From assembly GCF_030684315.1 (NCBI RefSeq), contig NC_081367.1, positions 62,373,414-62,437,413 on the forward strand: DNA of 64,000 bases, written 5' to 3'. Numbering within the stretch: the stretch's first letter is position 1; each line of letters begins with the position of its first letter. Below, in pieces: positions 12,790 through 26,095 of this stretch. The translations under genes were made by a program, and so were the position numbers. The DNA comes from Stegostoma tigrinum. Its lineage: Eukaryota. The notes below the pieces were generated by a model. That model was not told where the DNA came from. It did not search any database and saw nothing but the letters and a program-made list of their open reading frames with translations.

Positions 12790-14420
12790 GTTAGAAGACC
12801 AATAGACTGCTCCTGTCATGTTTTCCTTTCCTTGTTATTTCTTAAACCCATATGGATTTGACATCTTACAATCCAAGAACATTCCTCGCAATCATATTTA
12901 TTTAATCTTGTACTAACTAAACTAGCTATCACCCTTTCCTTCTTGCCTATTCTTTCAAATATTCACAAAAGCTTGTATATGTAGCTCCCAACAACAGATT
13001 GTTTTTTAGCCATGTCTCTGCTTTGGATATATGATCATATCCATGAACTGCTATTTGTGCTGTTATTCAGAATATAATGTAATTTAAGTGAAATGGAAAT
13101 TAGCTTTACTTTTTAACATTTTTTTCACCTTGTGGCCATATTTGTTGTTAGTCTTTATGTTTGCAAGTTCTTTTCCTTCCTGTCCAACTCTATACTTTCC
13201 TAAATAGCTACTTTACAATACAACCACATCATGTATGCATCTTCTCTCCACAACCCTTTCCATCCCTCTCTATTTTAAATGCCTCACTGCAGCCCATGGT
13301 TTGATTTGCCAAGACACTGGTCCCAGCATGGTTCAAGCAAAGCTCATTCCATCCTAGATAAAACCCAAAAGAACCGCGGATACTACAAAATCAGGAGCAT
13401 AAACAAAGTTGTTGGAAAAGTTCAGCAGGTCTGGCACCATCTGTGAAGGGAAAGCATCATGGATACAAATTTATGTGCTGAGTTACTGTAAACTTACTTA
13501 TGCCACACTGCATTCCACAGGACCTAGAATAAAAATAAACACAGAAGTATGTTATTAAGAATTAATAATAAAGAACAGCCCTGGAAACAGTAATACAGCC
13601 TGTTCTGAGGAAGGGTCACTGGACCTGAAACATTAACTCTGTTTCTTCTTCACAGATGCTGCCAGACCTGCTGAGCTTTTCCTGCAACAATGTTTTTTGT
13701 TCCTTCATTCCATCGCAGTACTGCTATAAATGTTATATGAATAGAAACCCATTCCTCCTGCGCCAATAGTTGTGACCTGTGTTCATCTCCTTGACTTTAT
13801 TTACTCAATGTCATTTTTGCCTATGGCTAAGGTAGTAAACCAGAGATTATTACCTTGGACATTCTGCATTTTACGAATTCATTCAGCAGAACCTCATTTC
13901 TAGTCCTATCGATGCTGTTGATACCAACGTGTGCAAGATGGTAACAGTGACCATCCCTCCCAATCCCAAATTCCTCTCCAGCTCTGAAGAGATGGCCTTA
14001 ATCATGGTGCATGGCAAGCAACACAGCTCACAGCTACAGAGAACAGTATCTATCCCCCTAATTACACTCTCTCCTACCACTACCACATTCCTATTTTTCC
14101 CCCAACTCTCCTCCCCTTGCATTACAATATTACTGTCAGTTCACTCATTCTCCATGCAGTTCCTACTCTCATCCACAAAGCTTGCAAGACTCTCTCAACT
14201 TTGGATAATTGCAGGGGCAGAAGCCCCGTGGATGCTGTTGCATTGGCTCAATGCCTGCCTCACCTGCTGTTAGACTTATCTTGGATCGCAGTGCAAATTT
14301 GAATTATCTAATCAGAGGAGTGTGAATTTCTTTAAGCTGCAATTATTTATAGCGACTGGGTTCACTCTGGATGGTGTCCAAAAGCTCCCACATGCTACAG
14401 CAACAATATATTACTAATAT
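12790..14420 (-). mobile_element. Degraded CR1 5' region including ORF1 esterase
   Basis: NVVVVGESVIRGIDT resembles the GDS esterase block of CR1 ORF1; interrupted by the 13354-13704 insert. Confidence 0.65.
13354..13704. mobile_element. Penelope-derived two-armed element with hammerhead core and internal spacer
   Basis: Inverted arms; CTGAGGA-A-GGGTC..GACCT-GAAA at 13605-13630; TSD tcattccatc at 13344-13353 and 13705-13714. Confidence 0.75.
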
Positions 14421-14859
14421 TACTAGCACCATCAAATTTCATTTAATTTTATAACTAGTTACTGTAGTTTTTTTGCACTTGGAGAATTCACTGCCCTTTT
14501 CACTTAATTTTAACAATTTGTTTATACCACTACAAATCTTACACTTAACAAACAGTAAAGAGTGAAAAAAGGACTAAACGCAAACTAAAGACCTTACTTC
14601 TACTTTAAAAGCTAGAAATACTCACCACTCCTACCAAAAACCAGAACTTATATCACATTGTGGTTCATTATGGCTTGAATGTTAGCTATACGTTTCAGTA
14701 TTTGAAACACAGAACACTGACCCCCAAAAAAAAGCTTTTCAGTGCTGCTGGTAAGTGGCCGGAGGTGATAGCCACAGCTAATGTTGAAGGACATTGTGAC
14801 CAAATGTGCATTCAATGATGGGGAATCTTTCTGCCATTGGTTCTAAGTTATTGGGTTTC

Positions 14860-16153
14860 AAGATTATGGATAGTCAACATGATTTTGTGAGTGGGAAATC
14901 ATGTCTCAATAGCTCGTTTGAGTGTTTTGAAGTAACAAAGAGGCTTGATGAGGGCAGAGCAGCAAACATAATCTATACGGACTTCAGTAAGGTGCTTGAC
15001 AAGGTTTCAAATGGTAGACTGGTTAGCAAATTTAGATCACATGGAACACAGGGAGAACCTGCCATTTCGATGCAGTACTGGCTCAAAGGTAGAGGACAAA
15101 CAGTAATGGTGGACGATTGCTTTTCAGGCTGGAGGCCTGTGACCAGAGGTGCACCTCAAGAGTCAGTGCCGGGTCCACTGCCTTTTATCATTTATGTAAC
15201 AATTTAGATGTGAACATAGGAGATATGGTTAGCAAGTTTGCAGATGACACCAAAATTGGAGATGTAGTGGAAAGCGAAGAAGGTTAACTCAGACTGCAAC
15301 AAGATCTTGATTAGATAGGGCAATGGGCAGGGGAGTGGCTGATGGAATTTAATTTAGATAAATGTGAGGTGCTGTATTTTGGAACTGCAAATTAGAGAAG
15401 GACTTATATGCTTCATGGTGAGGTCCAGGAGAATGTTACTAAACACAGAGACCTTGCGGTGCAGGTTCGTAGTTCCTTGAAAGTAGAGTCACAGGTTGAT
15501 AGGATGGTGAATTTGCTAGATTTGCCTTTGTTAGACAGTGCATTGAGTATAGGAGTTGGGAAGTTATGTGGCAGCTGTACAGGTCATTGTTTAGGCCACT
15601 TTTGGAATGTTGTGTTCAATTCTGGTCACCATGCTACATGAAGGTTGCTGTGAAATTTGAAAGGGATCAGAAAAGATTTGCAGGGATATTGCCAGGGTTG
15701 GAGCGTTTGACTTACTGGAAGAGGCTGAATAGGCTGGGGCTATTTTCCCTAGAGCATTGGAGGCTGAGGGGTGACCTTACAGAGGTTTTAAAATCAATAA
15801 GGGCATGGATAGAGTAAACAGACAAGGGCTTTCCCCTGAGGTGGGGGGAATTAAAAACTGGAGGACATAGGTTTAAGGTGAGAGGGGCAAGATTTAAAAG
15901 AGACCTAAGGGGCAACATTTTCATGCAGAGGGTGATGTGTGTGTGTGTGTGGAATGAACTGCCAGAAAATATGATGGGGGCTGGTACAATTACAATATCT
16001 AAATGGCATGTGGATGGGTATACAAATAGGAAGGATTTAGAAGGATATGGACCAAATACTGGCAAATGGGACTAGATTTATCTGGAACATCTGGTTGGCA
16101 TGGACAGGTTGGACCAAAGGGACTTTTTCCCTACTTTACGTCTCTATGACTCT
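14860..16153 (+). mobile_element. CR1/HER1-like LINE, 5'-truncated
   Basis: RT motifs QHDFVSGKSCL, YTDFSKVLDKV, GAPQESVPGP, KFADDTK, LECCVQFWSP; ctctatga tail. Confidence 0.9.
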
Positions 16154-16254
16154 AATTGTGCTCAAGAAAATGGATTACATTTGCTACATGTGCAGAAAAT
16201 TATTACTGTCATTTGGACTGATGGAATAGTAATAGAATAGAAATAGGCAACCAT

Positions 16255-16690
16255 TCCCTTCCAATTGTTCTCAGCCTATCTGCAGCCTTTGACAAAGTTT
16301 ACCACAGGCCATTCACCTCACGCTGCTATTGTACATCTGGTTTGGACCACTTTCACTTGGGTTCCATTCCTACATACCTAGCCACAGCCAGAGAACCACT
16401 TTCATCTTCAATTCCTCCTCCTATAGCTTTATTGTTGGTGTTTCTCCAAAGATCTGGCTGTTGACCCTGGCTAGGTCTCATCTAGATGCTGCTCCTCAGT
16501 GACATAATCCAAAAACACAGCATTTGTTTTAACATATACTCTGTTAACATAGTCTTCTCTACCATCATTGCTCCCAATTCTTTAAATTCAGCTAGAATAA
16601 CAGTCTGCTTATCGAACATCCAGTACGGGACAATCAAATGTCTTCAATTACTTTTGAGAAGCTTGAAGTTATTTGTTTTGCTCCCTAATT
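16255..16690 (+). mobile_element. L2-like LINE RT fragment
   Basis: ctatctgcagcctttgac = LSAAFD motif; heavily decayed. Confidence 0.5.
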
Positions 16691-19600
16691 GTTCTGATGG
16701 CTATGCCTTTATGCTCTGTAGTTTCCTCTCTGTGTCTCCTCCCTCTCCTTGTTACTTCCCACCTTTCACACATTTCATAAAAGATCATTTCATGATCAAT
16801 TTAATAGAATAGCTGCATTTGTGCATTAAATATCAAATATGCTTTCTTCAGAAAGTTAGGCTGGCACTCAAAAGCTTAAGGAAAGTTTTAAATATTAGAC
16901 TTATGTTCATTCAATGATGGTCAATCTCACTGGCCAAGGATAGTATAAAATGCACCTATAAGATCTCATTGCTGCAGGTAGTGAATTATTGCTTGACAAT
17001 TCTTCATTTTGAAATTTAGCCTTTTCTTCTTCCTTTTCCTTTCTATTTCTTTTTCTCTCTTTTTGAATCCAATTTTTGCTTCCTTAATTATTTTTCTTTC
17101 TCTGTCTAATTTAACACTAAATCACTCAATTTATTTCTCCTTAATTCTTCTTATTCTTTCTCAATGCTTTGGATCTTTGATCCTATCGCTCCTAGATACC
17201 TCATTGCCATCACTATAATCTGCTCCCATTCTCAGCTATTTGCAACACTGAATAATTTCAAATCGCAGGCTCAGAGAAAACATCTATTCAACAGGACACT
17301 CCAATAGATATCCTGCTCCAGTACATTCTGGACTTGGATGCAATTGTGCAGATTATGCATATCATATATGTTCCTACCCTCAGCATAGACCACTAGTGTT
17401 CATCAAATAAAGGTGTAGCTATGTGAACTATAGATCAGAACCCGACAGTGAAAAAACGCTTCTGGACTTTATTTGGCTCCTGCCATGTGGGAGGAGAAAC
17501 CAGGTAAAAACAGGCTGCTAACCAATAAAGGAATCTGTTCAAACTAAGAACAAGATAAGGAATAAACAAAATGCGTAGTTTGATTAGTCAACAGTTCCAT
17601 TAGTTTACCATGCAACTACCAGCAGAGGAGGAGACAAACACTAGATAGACTCTGTGCTCGTCCAAAAATTTCTCATGTTCCTATTATACCGGTATCATCT
17701 TTTCTGATCTGCATGAAACTGAAAGTGTCGCAATAACAACCTGATAAACAGTAATTGTGAACTGACTGTTCAGAGTTAAATTCAGATCGGAGGAAAAAAT
17801 GGCATTAGAATTGAAAAGAATAACTTGATAGAGCAAGTATGGAACTGATATGTTTATGCATTATACCATCATAGAGACTCTATACTAAATTTATTGAATT
17901 AAGAAGATACTAATCCAGCGTAGTGGATTTTAAAAATGCTTTGAGATAGTGCAACCATAAGTAATAATTCATGTATGCAAGTAGGTTTCTCTGCTTTCAT
18001 AAATTATGCCATGATCAAAAGACTGCTGCTGACAAGCACATCTGCAAATGTGAAATGAAAATTAAAAATCCTGTTGTCAAGTAAAGTGAGTTAATGGAAC
18101 AAGTTTGTTTAATTTGACAGAGGAATTGTACTACATCCCACTCAGTCAAGCGCACTGGCTCTCGGTACAAATGTCCTGCTATTTCACTTATGTTTAATTT
18201 TAATGTAACCTCATCTCCTCCTTGCTGCCAAACAGTTGAGTGAGTACATCAGTGACAATAACGAATCATCAGGTGTCACTGCTGGTAATGTAGAACCTTT
18301 AAATAGCGATTGATTATTGCACACAGTCATTTAGCATCTGAGTCATGATGAGAGCAAAAGGGAATTCTAAAAACTGGTTTCCACTTTGATAATTGTCAAG
18401 ATCTTTTCACTTTAGAAAGCATTTGACTTAAAGTGATGAAATATTTCCAAAAATTTACAGGATCGATCAGAAATGCTTTACATTTCCCAATATATTAAGT
18501 ACAAATCACCAAGAAAGTAGAGGCAATACATTATTAATAAACACAATTGTTCTTTCTTTCCTAATGATAGAATATTAAAAACACCAGATTCTGAGCCTTT
18601 TATACAAATGCTTTCCCCCTTCTCTAATTCCTAGTATAGGTTTTATTTTAACATGGGATACATTTTTAAAATAACTTATTATTAACTGATTTAAAAGATA
18701 AATGCGAATCTTTTATTTTCATGTTACCAATTTATTTAAAATAAATTTGTAACCCTGTGAAAATAGTTTAAAAAATTGCAAAGATATACGATAATGGTTT
18801 CTACATTTCTTATACAATGATATACACCAAAAAAATTTTTTTGTAAAACTGCTTATATAAAAAAGATCAATCGGTATTTTAAGTATGTTGGTTACGAGAG
18901 TTAAAATAAAAACAAAAATATTTCACATTCAATGCATATTCAGTTAAGCATTGACAATTAGATTGATTAAGATTGAATAGTGCATCAGCAAATTAAAGCC
19001 AGACCACTGTCGTGAGTGTAATTAAAGTGAAACCTTCGTCCAAAATGAGTAAACAACAAACTTAGTTGATACACATAAATGGCATTTTATCAAAGAGCAG
19101 TCAATTCCTCATCTATTGCAAATTTTCAGTTAAGAGCTCAGCATCAGGCAGTTTTATTGTGATGATATGCAAGGAAGGAAGCCCATATGTTTGAAGATCT
19201 GCCAGTGGTAACGTTGGTACAAATACGGGATGCTGCTTGCCTGAATCATTCTCCAAACTAGGCAGGTACTGGGAGAATCACCTGCTGTCACCTTACTAAA
19301 CAGACAATTTCACGACCACCCAAATTCTGCATCTGCTGGAGAAGGACAAACGCTGGATATTCAACAGGATAGAAACATGATGACAGTGAAGAGAAAGTCC
19401 AACTTACTTTTTGTATCTATTTAATCCTGCATTAATATACAAAGATGTATACCCAAACATGTTTACCAACGTGCTTATATAAAAATAGCAATATGTTAAA
19501 TATGTTATGTGAGTTAACATAAAAGCATTACACAAAATTTATGTACAGTTAAGTATTGGTAAGTGGATTGAATAAGATTGAATAGTATATTAACTGGTTA

Positions 19601-21507
19601 AAACCAGACCACTTTCATGAGTGTAGTGCAAGTTAAAGCTTGATCAAAAAGGAGTAGACAACAATTCAAGCCAGGATGACCAACTACTGGAGAAATAAGG
19701 GACATACTGGCATAGTGAAAGTGTACCAGTGGCACTGGGGTTAACAATGCTTGGCCTGGATGCTGGAAAAATTATAAGAGTGGGGTTGTTGCTGACTGAG
19801 TTGTAATGACTGATGGGAGTTTTTAAGATCAGAGCGCAAGGAGAAAAATGTCAGTGCATACTGCATGTGCACAGGTTTTAAAGTCCAAAGTACAGAAGAG
19901 ACTGTCACCTGGCAATAATCAGCCTAGGATGTGGGACAAACATGTTACATATGAAAATGTACATTAGACCTTGGCCTATTTCTACTCAGAAGCTTGAATA
20001 TGTAGTATCAGCCTGTCCTGTGTCAATGTAATAACTCATCAAATTTATCATGATAAAAGCAGAAAATGCTGGAAATATTCAGCAGGTCATGTGGCATCTT
20101 TGGAAATAGGTGCAGAGTTGACATTTTTGGTCTCTGGCCTTGTATCAGGCTGGGCAAAATAGAAAATGTGATACGTTTTGAGCTAATGAAAGAAGGAGGA
20201 AAACTATGGAAGGGGCTAGGTGTCGAGATGGATAAAAACAAAAGAACAAGTCTAAGGTAGAGCACAATGTGGAAGGGATAAATTGTCAAAAATATTTGTG
20301 GTTTAGCGTTAAAGTGACTGGTAATAGGACAGGTTAAAAAAACAAAATCAACATTTCTTTACAAAATAAGTACTAGTATTAGACTGTTAATGCAGAGACT
20401 CAGATAAGGCTCTGGGGACCTGGGTTCGAATCCAAACAAGTGATGTTACCATTTCTGCACAATGTTCAATCCTCTATAACATTTTCAGGACACTTTCAAT
20501 TACGTCTTTTTCTGGATAGTCTTGCTGCTCTCAGCAAATCACTTCAAGAGGTTCCAAAATGTCAACTTCACCAACATAATTTCTACTTAGCTACTTTACA
20601 AACTTTAATATCATGCTGTGGTCATCTCTAGTCAAAACAGAGAAGCTTATTCCCTGTGGCCTTATTGACAACACAGTCCTATACACTATCATGCATTTGT
20701 TCTGTGGTGATAACTGTCCCCAGAACTACAAGCATTTGCATCTGTGACAGGAATTGGAGAGAATATTCAAAGGTGGACAATGTCACTGTACAATTGGAGG
20801 ATATGGGTTGTGAAATTGGATATGGGAAAGGGTTCAAACATTGGGGGAATTGCATTGTAAGCTCATAACATGCCCTTTTTAATATTCAGTCCTATTCACT
20901 CAATAGCACCAAACTGTTAGGCAAAATACCATGCAAACAAAAAACAATCACTGTGCTTACTGTCATAGGCCATGTTAAATATCAATGCTTCTTTTAAAAT
21001 TTGCACTGCACCAGTTTAGAATTTAACCTTCAGTGTTTAATTTATCTTGTTGTTACTCTGCTGTTCATGTTAAATCAACTATTTTCATTGAAATATTTTA
21101 TTTCACGTCATTCTTTTCATTCCATCTAGTCTGAGATGAAACAAAAATGCATGTTATAGTGCTCGATAGTGCTTTAAATACCGCATGGGCTGATTAATAA
21201 GCTTGTACTTACAACTGCCTCAGGCACCATGTAATGAATCATTTGTCTTTCCATTAACTGCAGATTGACAATAGCACTGTTTAATTGCTCAATAAATCAG
21301 TAACATTCTGTTTAATTGCCTTTATTACAAGTTTAAAACGTGAGTCTGCAGTTTTAAAAATATATAAACTTGAAAGAAACCAGTAAAATACCTGGTATCA
21401 CTAGTCAAAAGCAGACCAAACACCATTTATAATTCACGCGGCTAGTCAATCAGCAACAAATAATTTGACAGGCACAGGAGAATCATGTCTGTTCAGCTAA
21501 CGTTTAT

Positions 21508-21826
21508 GATTAGATTAGATTAGATTCCTTACAGTGTGGAAACAGGACCTTCGGCCCAACAAGTCCACACCACCCCTTGTAGCATCCCACCCTACCCATC
21601 CCCCTATAACCCACACACTCCTGAACACTACGGGCAATTTAGCATGGCAGCTCCACCTAGCCTGCACATCTTTGGATTGTGGGAGGAATCCGGAGCGCCT
21701 GGAGAAAACCCACGCAGACACGGGGAGAATGTACAAAATCCACACAGACAGTTGCCCAAGGCTAGAATCGAACCCGGGTCCCTGGCACTGTAAGGCTGCA
21801 GTGGTAACCACTGAGCCACCATGCCA
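21508..21826 (-). mobile_element. HE1-type tRNA-derived SINE (V-SINE)
   Basis: A box TGGCTCAGTGG, B box GGTTCGATTC, V-domain, (AATCT)n tail. Confidence 0.9.
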
Positions 21827-22844
21827 CAGTTTCAGTGTGATTTGATACAGAAATTCGAGTTTTAACATTAAGGTCTTCAATTCTTTAATATGATTATTTT
21901 AATATTTAGCATAAGATGCACAGGAATAACATCATTTCACGTTTCACTCTAATTTGTAAACCATCTTGAATTGAAAATAAATTCCTATTCCTTTACAGTG
22001 ACTAGGTCAAATTCTGGGAATTCTCTTCTGAGCATAAGAGTAGAATACTTCATCCCATGGAATGTAATATGTCACAAAGGCAGTGCATCACTGTCTTTGA
22101 GGGCCATCGTTGGCAAGATCAGCATTTGTTGCCCATTCCTACATGACCTTGTAAAGTTACAACTCTAAGCCTGGTGGCTGTGGCTGGCAGAACACCCACA
22201 AAAAGCTCAGAATCACCAAAGGATCCAGATCACAAGTGAATGAGAGAGGGATGCTACCCACGGTGAGGAGGTTACTGAGTCAAGAGCAGAAGGGCCATTG
22301 GAAGGAAGGTCGCTCAGAAGGCATTCCTTTCCAGTACTGTGTCCTTGATCAGGCAAAGTGGCTTTGAATGAGGGACCACTCCCACACTTCCAACTATAAC
22401 CAAGCCCCAAAACCTGCCTCTGGGGAAAGGGTGTGTGTGTGTGGACTGTATGGGGAAGGGGCAATAAATTCTACTTAGTATTCATTGTGGTAGCAGTCCA
22501 TTTGATCCTAACACTGTAAAGCACACATTAATGAGCAAAGGAGGGATTTCAGAGTTCACATGTGTTCACATGCATTCTCAAAGCAGTCAAACAATTTTGG
22601 CAGTATGGCAGGATGTATATAATAGTAAATTTAATGATATAGGATGGATTAAATCAAATCATCAACTGTAATGTGGACAGTCTGATTCCCTTCTTCAATT
22701 AAGGGAATGTAAAGCAGTATTGAACACATTGCACTCTAAGTCATCAATGTGATGTTGCAACTTTTACACCAGTATCTCCACTTAAATTACAGAGCAAGAT
22801 TTACATTCTCAAGGCACTTCTATTTTTAAAGAAGTATTCTTAAG

Positions 22845-23051
22845 TGAAATAACTCCACAGAGGCTGGTGTCCCATCACCAAATCCCCCTCTACTTACACA
22901 AGAAATGTCCCTGACACTGATCCATCTTCTTCAGGCCAGCTCTCAGAGTGAGCAGAACCTTTGACACTCCTGTTTACATCTGTCAGACCAGATTAACAAC
23001 CCCGATCAGGAACTTATACTCTATGAGGCCCATCTGGCTGACCTCGTTACA
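22845..23051 (-). mobile_element. Probable solo LTR
   Basis: 207 bp bounded by TGTAAC...TTTCA; no clean TSD. Confidence 0.5.
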
Positions 23052-23269
23052 TTCATTAAATGAGATGAAATGGTCTCTGGGTACTTTATCAATCTCGAGC
23101 AAAGATGCATCTTTACCACTTGGATAGTTATATGATGGATCAAATCCTCCACCAGTTTTAAACGGTGCCTGAATTTCATTCTATTTTCCTGCAATGTTCT
23201 ATAGTGGACGGTTAATTTGCTCTGCAATATTCTTGTCTAGGCATTTAAGGTCAAAATGACACTTCTTTT

Positions 23270-25880
23270 AGAACGGGACCAGGAAGCTGCACATGGTCAT
23301 GAAGGAGAGATCACATCCGGAGTGAGGTACAACTTGAGTGAATATACAGTTCAAGAAATTTGGTGACAGTGTGGGAATTTGGTGCAGAGGGCAGGAGGTG
23401 CTTTTTACTTGCTTTATTGGTTCATAATTTGTATTATTTTTAACAGGAGAAGTTGAAGTTCAGAATCAACATAAGGAAGAAGAAACATGCTGAGGGAGAA
23501 TGAGATAACCATGGCTGACAAGGGAAGTCAGAGATAGGATAAAACAAAAAAAAGTACAATGTGGTGAAGATGAATGGGTACTGCAGCACAGGGGAGACTT
23601 TACAAACCAGCAGAGCAGAATTTAAAAAAGCAAAAGTGAGGAAATGAAATATGAGGGTGAGCTAGCCAATAATATAAAAGAAGATTGTAAGAGTTATTCT
23701 GATGGACAATGTAAGAGAGAGGCATGTTTGAATATTCGACTACTGGCAGCTGAGGCTGGAGAAGTAGTAATGGGGAACAAAGAAATAGCAGAGGAACTGA
23801 ATAAGTACTTTGCATCAGTCTTCACAGTGGAATACACCAGCATACCACAATTTCACAATTTCAAATTGGTACTTTGGCAGTAAATTTATAGCACAGCACA
23901 ACGTGTAGCTTTTCTGTAATTATGAATATAAACTTGCAGATTGGTGCAGTAATGGATAAGCTTTTGGATGTTAGCACAAATACAAAGCCTCTCTGTATCT
24001 AACCATGCCGGATGTCAGAAGTGCTGCAAAGAAAATAGAAAATGTTGCATTGATATGGCATCCCCCTGACCCTATGACAATAAAGCCAACAGTTAAAATA
24101 AAAATGCTGGAAACATTCAGGCTGTATCTGTGGAGAAGGGAACAGGCTTAATGTTTGATTGTGGTGATTCTTTGTGATTGGGTGCTTAGAGTTGTTACAG
24201 TTTCAATGCAGGACAAGAGGAGAAGAAAGAAGAGTAACAGAAGGAAGACTTGAGATAGAGTTGAAGGCAGGAGAGATTAAAAAGCAAAAAGGCCACAATT
24301 TCAAGAGAATCAGGGGCCAGATGTGAGTGTAGTAGCCAACACTAAGGACATGATGCCGTGGAAGCTGAAAAGTCTAAAGGTGGATAAACCATTTGGGCTG
24401 GACAGGTCTCCCAATGTTCTGATGCATATTGCTGATGAGATTGTGGAGGAATTCATAGTGATCTTTCAGGTATCTCTGGAGTCAGAGAGGGCACCGGAGG
24501 ACTGGAAAATGGCTAATGTAAACCCCTTATTTAGAAGGAGGGAGGGAGGAGGTGGGAAACTTTAGCTGGTTAGATTAACCCTAATCATTATTAAGCATAA
24601 GATGGGCAGTACTTGGTTGTGCTTCGTAAAGTAGGGTTGAGTCAGCATTGCATCATCAAGAGGAGGTCATGTCTGACAAATCTGTTAGAATTCCTTGAGG
24701 AGATATTGATCAAATTAGACAAAGGAGAATCAACAAATGTAGTCTATTTAGATTCCTAGAAGGCATTTGCTGCACAGGAGTCTGTTAAATAAGATAAGGG
24801 CCCATGGTGTAGGGGCAAGGTACTGGCATGGATAGAGCTTTAGCTGACTGGAAGATGTCAGACAGTTGGGACAAAGAGGTCTTTTTGAAGCCAGCAGCCA
24901 GTGACTAGTGGAGTTTCACAGGGATCTATGTTGGGTAAATTATTTACGTGATACATTAACTTTCTAGACAAAGGAACTGAGGACATTATTGCCATGTTTG
25001 CACATAGCACAAAGATAGTGTTGAGGAAGTGGGGAAGTTGTAAGCGGACTTGGACAGGGGTTTTGGACAGTGAGCAACAAGTTGCAGATGGAATGCAATG
25101 TGGGAAAATGTGAGGTTATGTAATTTGGTAGGAAGAATAGAGATGTAGAATTTATTTTTCTAAATGGGGAGAGGCTTTGGACCTGTGACAATGGGACTCA
25201 GAAGTCCCAGTTCAGGATTATCTTAAGGTTAACATGTAGGTACAATTGGCAGGTAGGAAGGCAAATGCAATGTTAACATTCATTTCAAGAGGTCAAAAAT
25301 AGAAGAGAGGAAGTGTACTGCTGATATTGTATAGGGCTCAAGTCAGTCTACATTTGAATATTGTGGGCAGTATTGGGCCCCATATTGAAGGAAGGATGTG
25401 CTGTCATTAGTGGGAGTCAAGGGGAGGTTCAGAAGAATGATCCAGGGGAAAAAAGCTTGTCATATGAGGAGCAGTTGTGAACTCAGGATCTGTACGCAAT
25501 GAGGTTAAGGGGAATTTCATTGAACCTTACAGAATGCTGTGAGGCATGGATAGAGTGGACATAGAGAAGGGAATTTGACTAGGAGGAGAGACTAGGACCC
25601 AGAGTGAAGGGGCAACTCGTAAGAACTGATACAGGAAGGAATTCCTTTGGCCCGAGGGTGATGAATCGATGAAACCTATTGCCGCAGAAGGATGTGGAGG
25701 CCAAGCGATTGAGTATATTTAAGACAGAGATGGCTAGGTTCTTGGTTAGTAAGAGATCAAGAGTTATGGGGAGAAGGCAGGAAAATAGGGTTGAGAAACA
25801 TATCAGCCATAACTGAATGGTGGAGCACACTTGATGGACTGGATGGCCTAATTCTGCTTCTATATCTTATGGTGTATGGA
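23270..25880 (+). mobile_element. Degraded CR1 LINE, interrupted at 23863-24292
   Basis: AEELNKYFASVFT, PEDWKMANVNPLF and downstream RT remnants; tcttatgg tail. Confidence 0.88.
23863..24292 (+). repeat. Copy of gene B intron 1 segment 30283-30713
   Basis: Colinear, high-identity direct repeat; flanked by ccacaatttc at 23845-23854 and 24293-24302. Confidence 0.9.
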
Positions 25881-26095
25881 TATCAGGTAATTCAGATTTG
25901 GGTGGGCACCTGACTCCAGGACCATAAGTGCCCATTCCCCAAAAACAGAAACCCCACCAAGAAATTTCACATACCTAGGTGCCTCTTCCTGATTACCATC
26001 AACATATCCTTTTTGGCAGCAGCTCCAACTATTTTTATTCATTCTCTGGAATTCACTACTTAAAATTTCCTGTCTCTGTATATCTCATAATTTAA

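Noticed and set aside
21515-21880. Recurrent short ORFs (MWKQ.., METGP..), also at 44053 and 62310
   Set aside because: Translations of HE1 SINE copies.
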